From: Squalus acanthias
Lineage: Eukaryota
DNA: 64,000 bases
NCBI GenBank assembly: GCA_030390025.1
Contig: JASTWF010000098.1
Coordinates: 620,001 to 684,000 of the forward strand
Reading direction: 5' to 3'
Positions 63,338 to 64,000 of the stretch are shown here, in pieces; positions within the stretch are counted from its first letter, which is position 1; each line of letters starts with the position of its first letter. The translations under genes and the position numbers were made by a program. The notes beneath the pieces are model-generated. The model saw only the letters and a list, made by a program, of their open reading frames with translations, had not been told where the DNA came from and made no database searches.

Positions 63338-64000
63338 AATAACAACAGAAAACGCTGGAAAAACTCAGCAGGCCAGGCAGCATCCGTGGAGAGAGAAAGA
63401 GAGTTGACGTTTCAGGTCGATGACCTTTCATCAGAACTGGGAAGAGCTGAAATCTCTTCCTATCTCGACTCTATTTTTTCTCCCCTTGTCCAGTCTCTTC
63501 CCACCTACATCCGCGACTCTTCCGATGCCCTCCGCCATTTTAACAGTTTCCAGTTTCCCGGCCCCAACCGTCTCCTCTTCACTATGGACGTACAATCCCT
63601 CTACACCTCCATTCCCCACCAAGATGGCCTGAGGGCGCTCCGCTTCTTCCTTGAACAGAGGCCCAACCAGTCCCCATCCACCACCACCCTCCTCCGCCTG
63701 GCTGAACTTGTTCTCACATTGAACAACTTCTCCTTTGACTCTACCCATTTCCTCCAAATTAAAGGTGTTGCTATGGGTACCCGCATGGGTCCTAGCTATG
63801 CCTGCCTTTTCGTGGGATATGTGGAACACTCTTTGTTCCAGTCCTACTCGGGTCCCCTCCCTCACCTCTTTTTCCGGTACATTGATGACTGTATCGGTGC
63901 CGTCTCCTGCTCTCGCCCTGAACTAGAACATTTCATTCACTATGCTTCCAATTTCCACCCTTCCCTCACCTTCACATGGTCCATCTCCGACTCTTCTCTT
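63338..64000 (+). mobile_element. Penelope-like retroelement: inverted pLTR, then RT ORF running off the window
   Basis: Open frame from 63452: ISSYLDSIFSPLVQSLPTYIRDS...TMDVQSLYTSI...KGVAMGTRMGPSYA...FRYIDD (63875-63889). Confidence 0.93.
63402..63438 (-). ncRNA. Minimal hammerhead ribozyme motif in an inverted Penelope pLTR
   Basis: agtt-CTGATGA-a-aggtc/gacct-GAAAC-GTC-aact. Confidence 0.72.

Noticed and set aside
63431-63926. ORF-track ORFs over the Penelope element
   Set aside because: Wrong frames; the real RT frame starts at 63452 and has no stop in the window

Overview
Vertebrate genomic DNA, almost certainly a cartilaginous fish (shark-type SINE/LINE content). It is not prokaryotic. 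The + strand carries coding exons 2-16 of O-GlcNAcase (OGA/MGEA5, 4572-42160; exon 1 is upstream of the window). All have GT-AG boundaries and form one continuous frame, and there is an extra 54-nt in-frame cassette exon at 25518-25571. The - strand carries the last two coding exons of DNA polymerase lambda (POLL, 55611-62119), convergent with OGA. The rest is CR1 LINEs, tRNA-derived SINEs, three kinds of non-autonomous DNA transposon, Penelope-like retroelement pieces with minimal hammerhead ribozymes, and two SINE-derived minisatellite arrays that fill most of the last POLL intron. Most notable: (1) a young CR1 whose ATTCTATG tail now forms the splice acceptor of OGA exon 7; (2) ~215-bp TSD-flanked palindromic Penelope mini-elements with hammerhead ribozymes in OGA introns; (3) a cluster of alternative, poison and read-through splicing signals around OGA exons 10-12; (4) SINE-to-satellite conversion with a nested MITE; (5) a TAATCC/SOX/PBX motif cluster in a POLL intron and CTCF motifs between OGA and POLL. 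Family names and human comparisons are recalled from memory; no searches were run.
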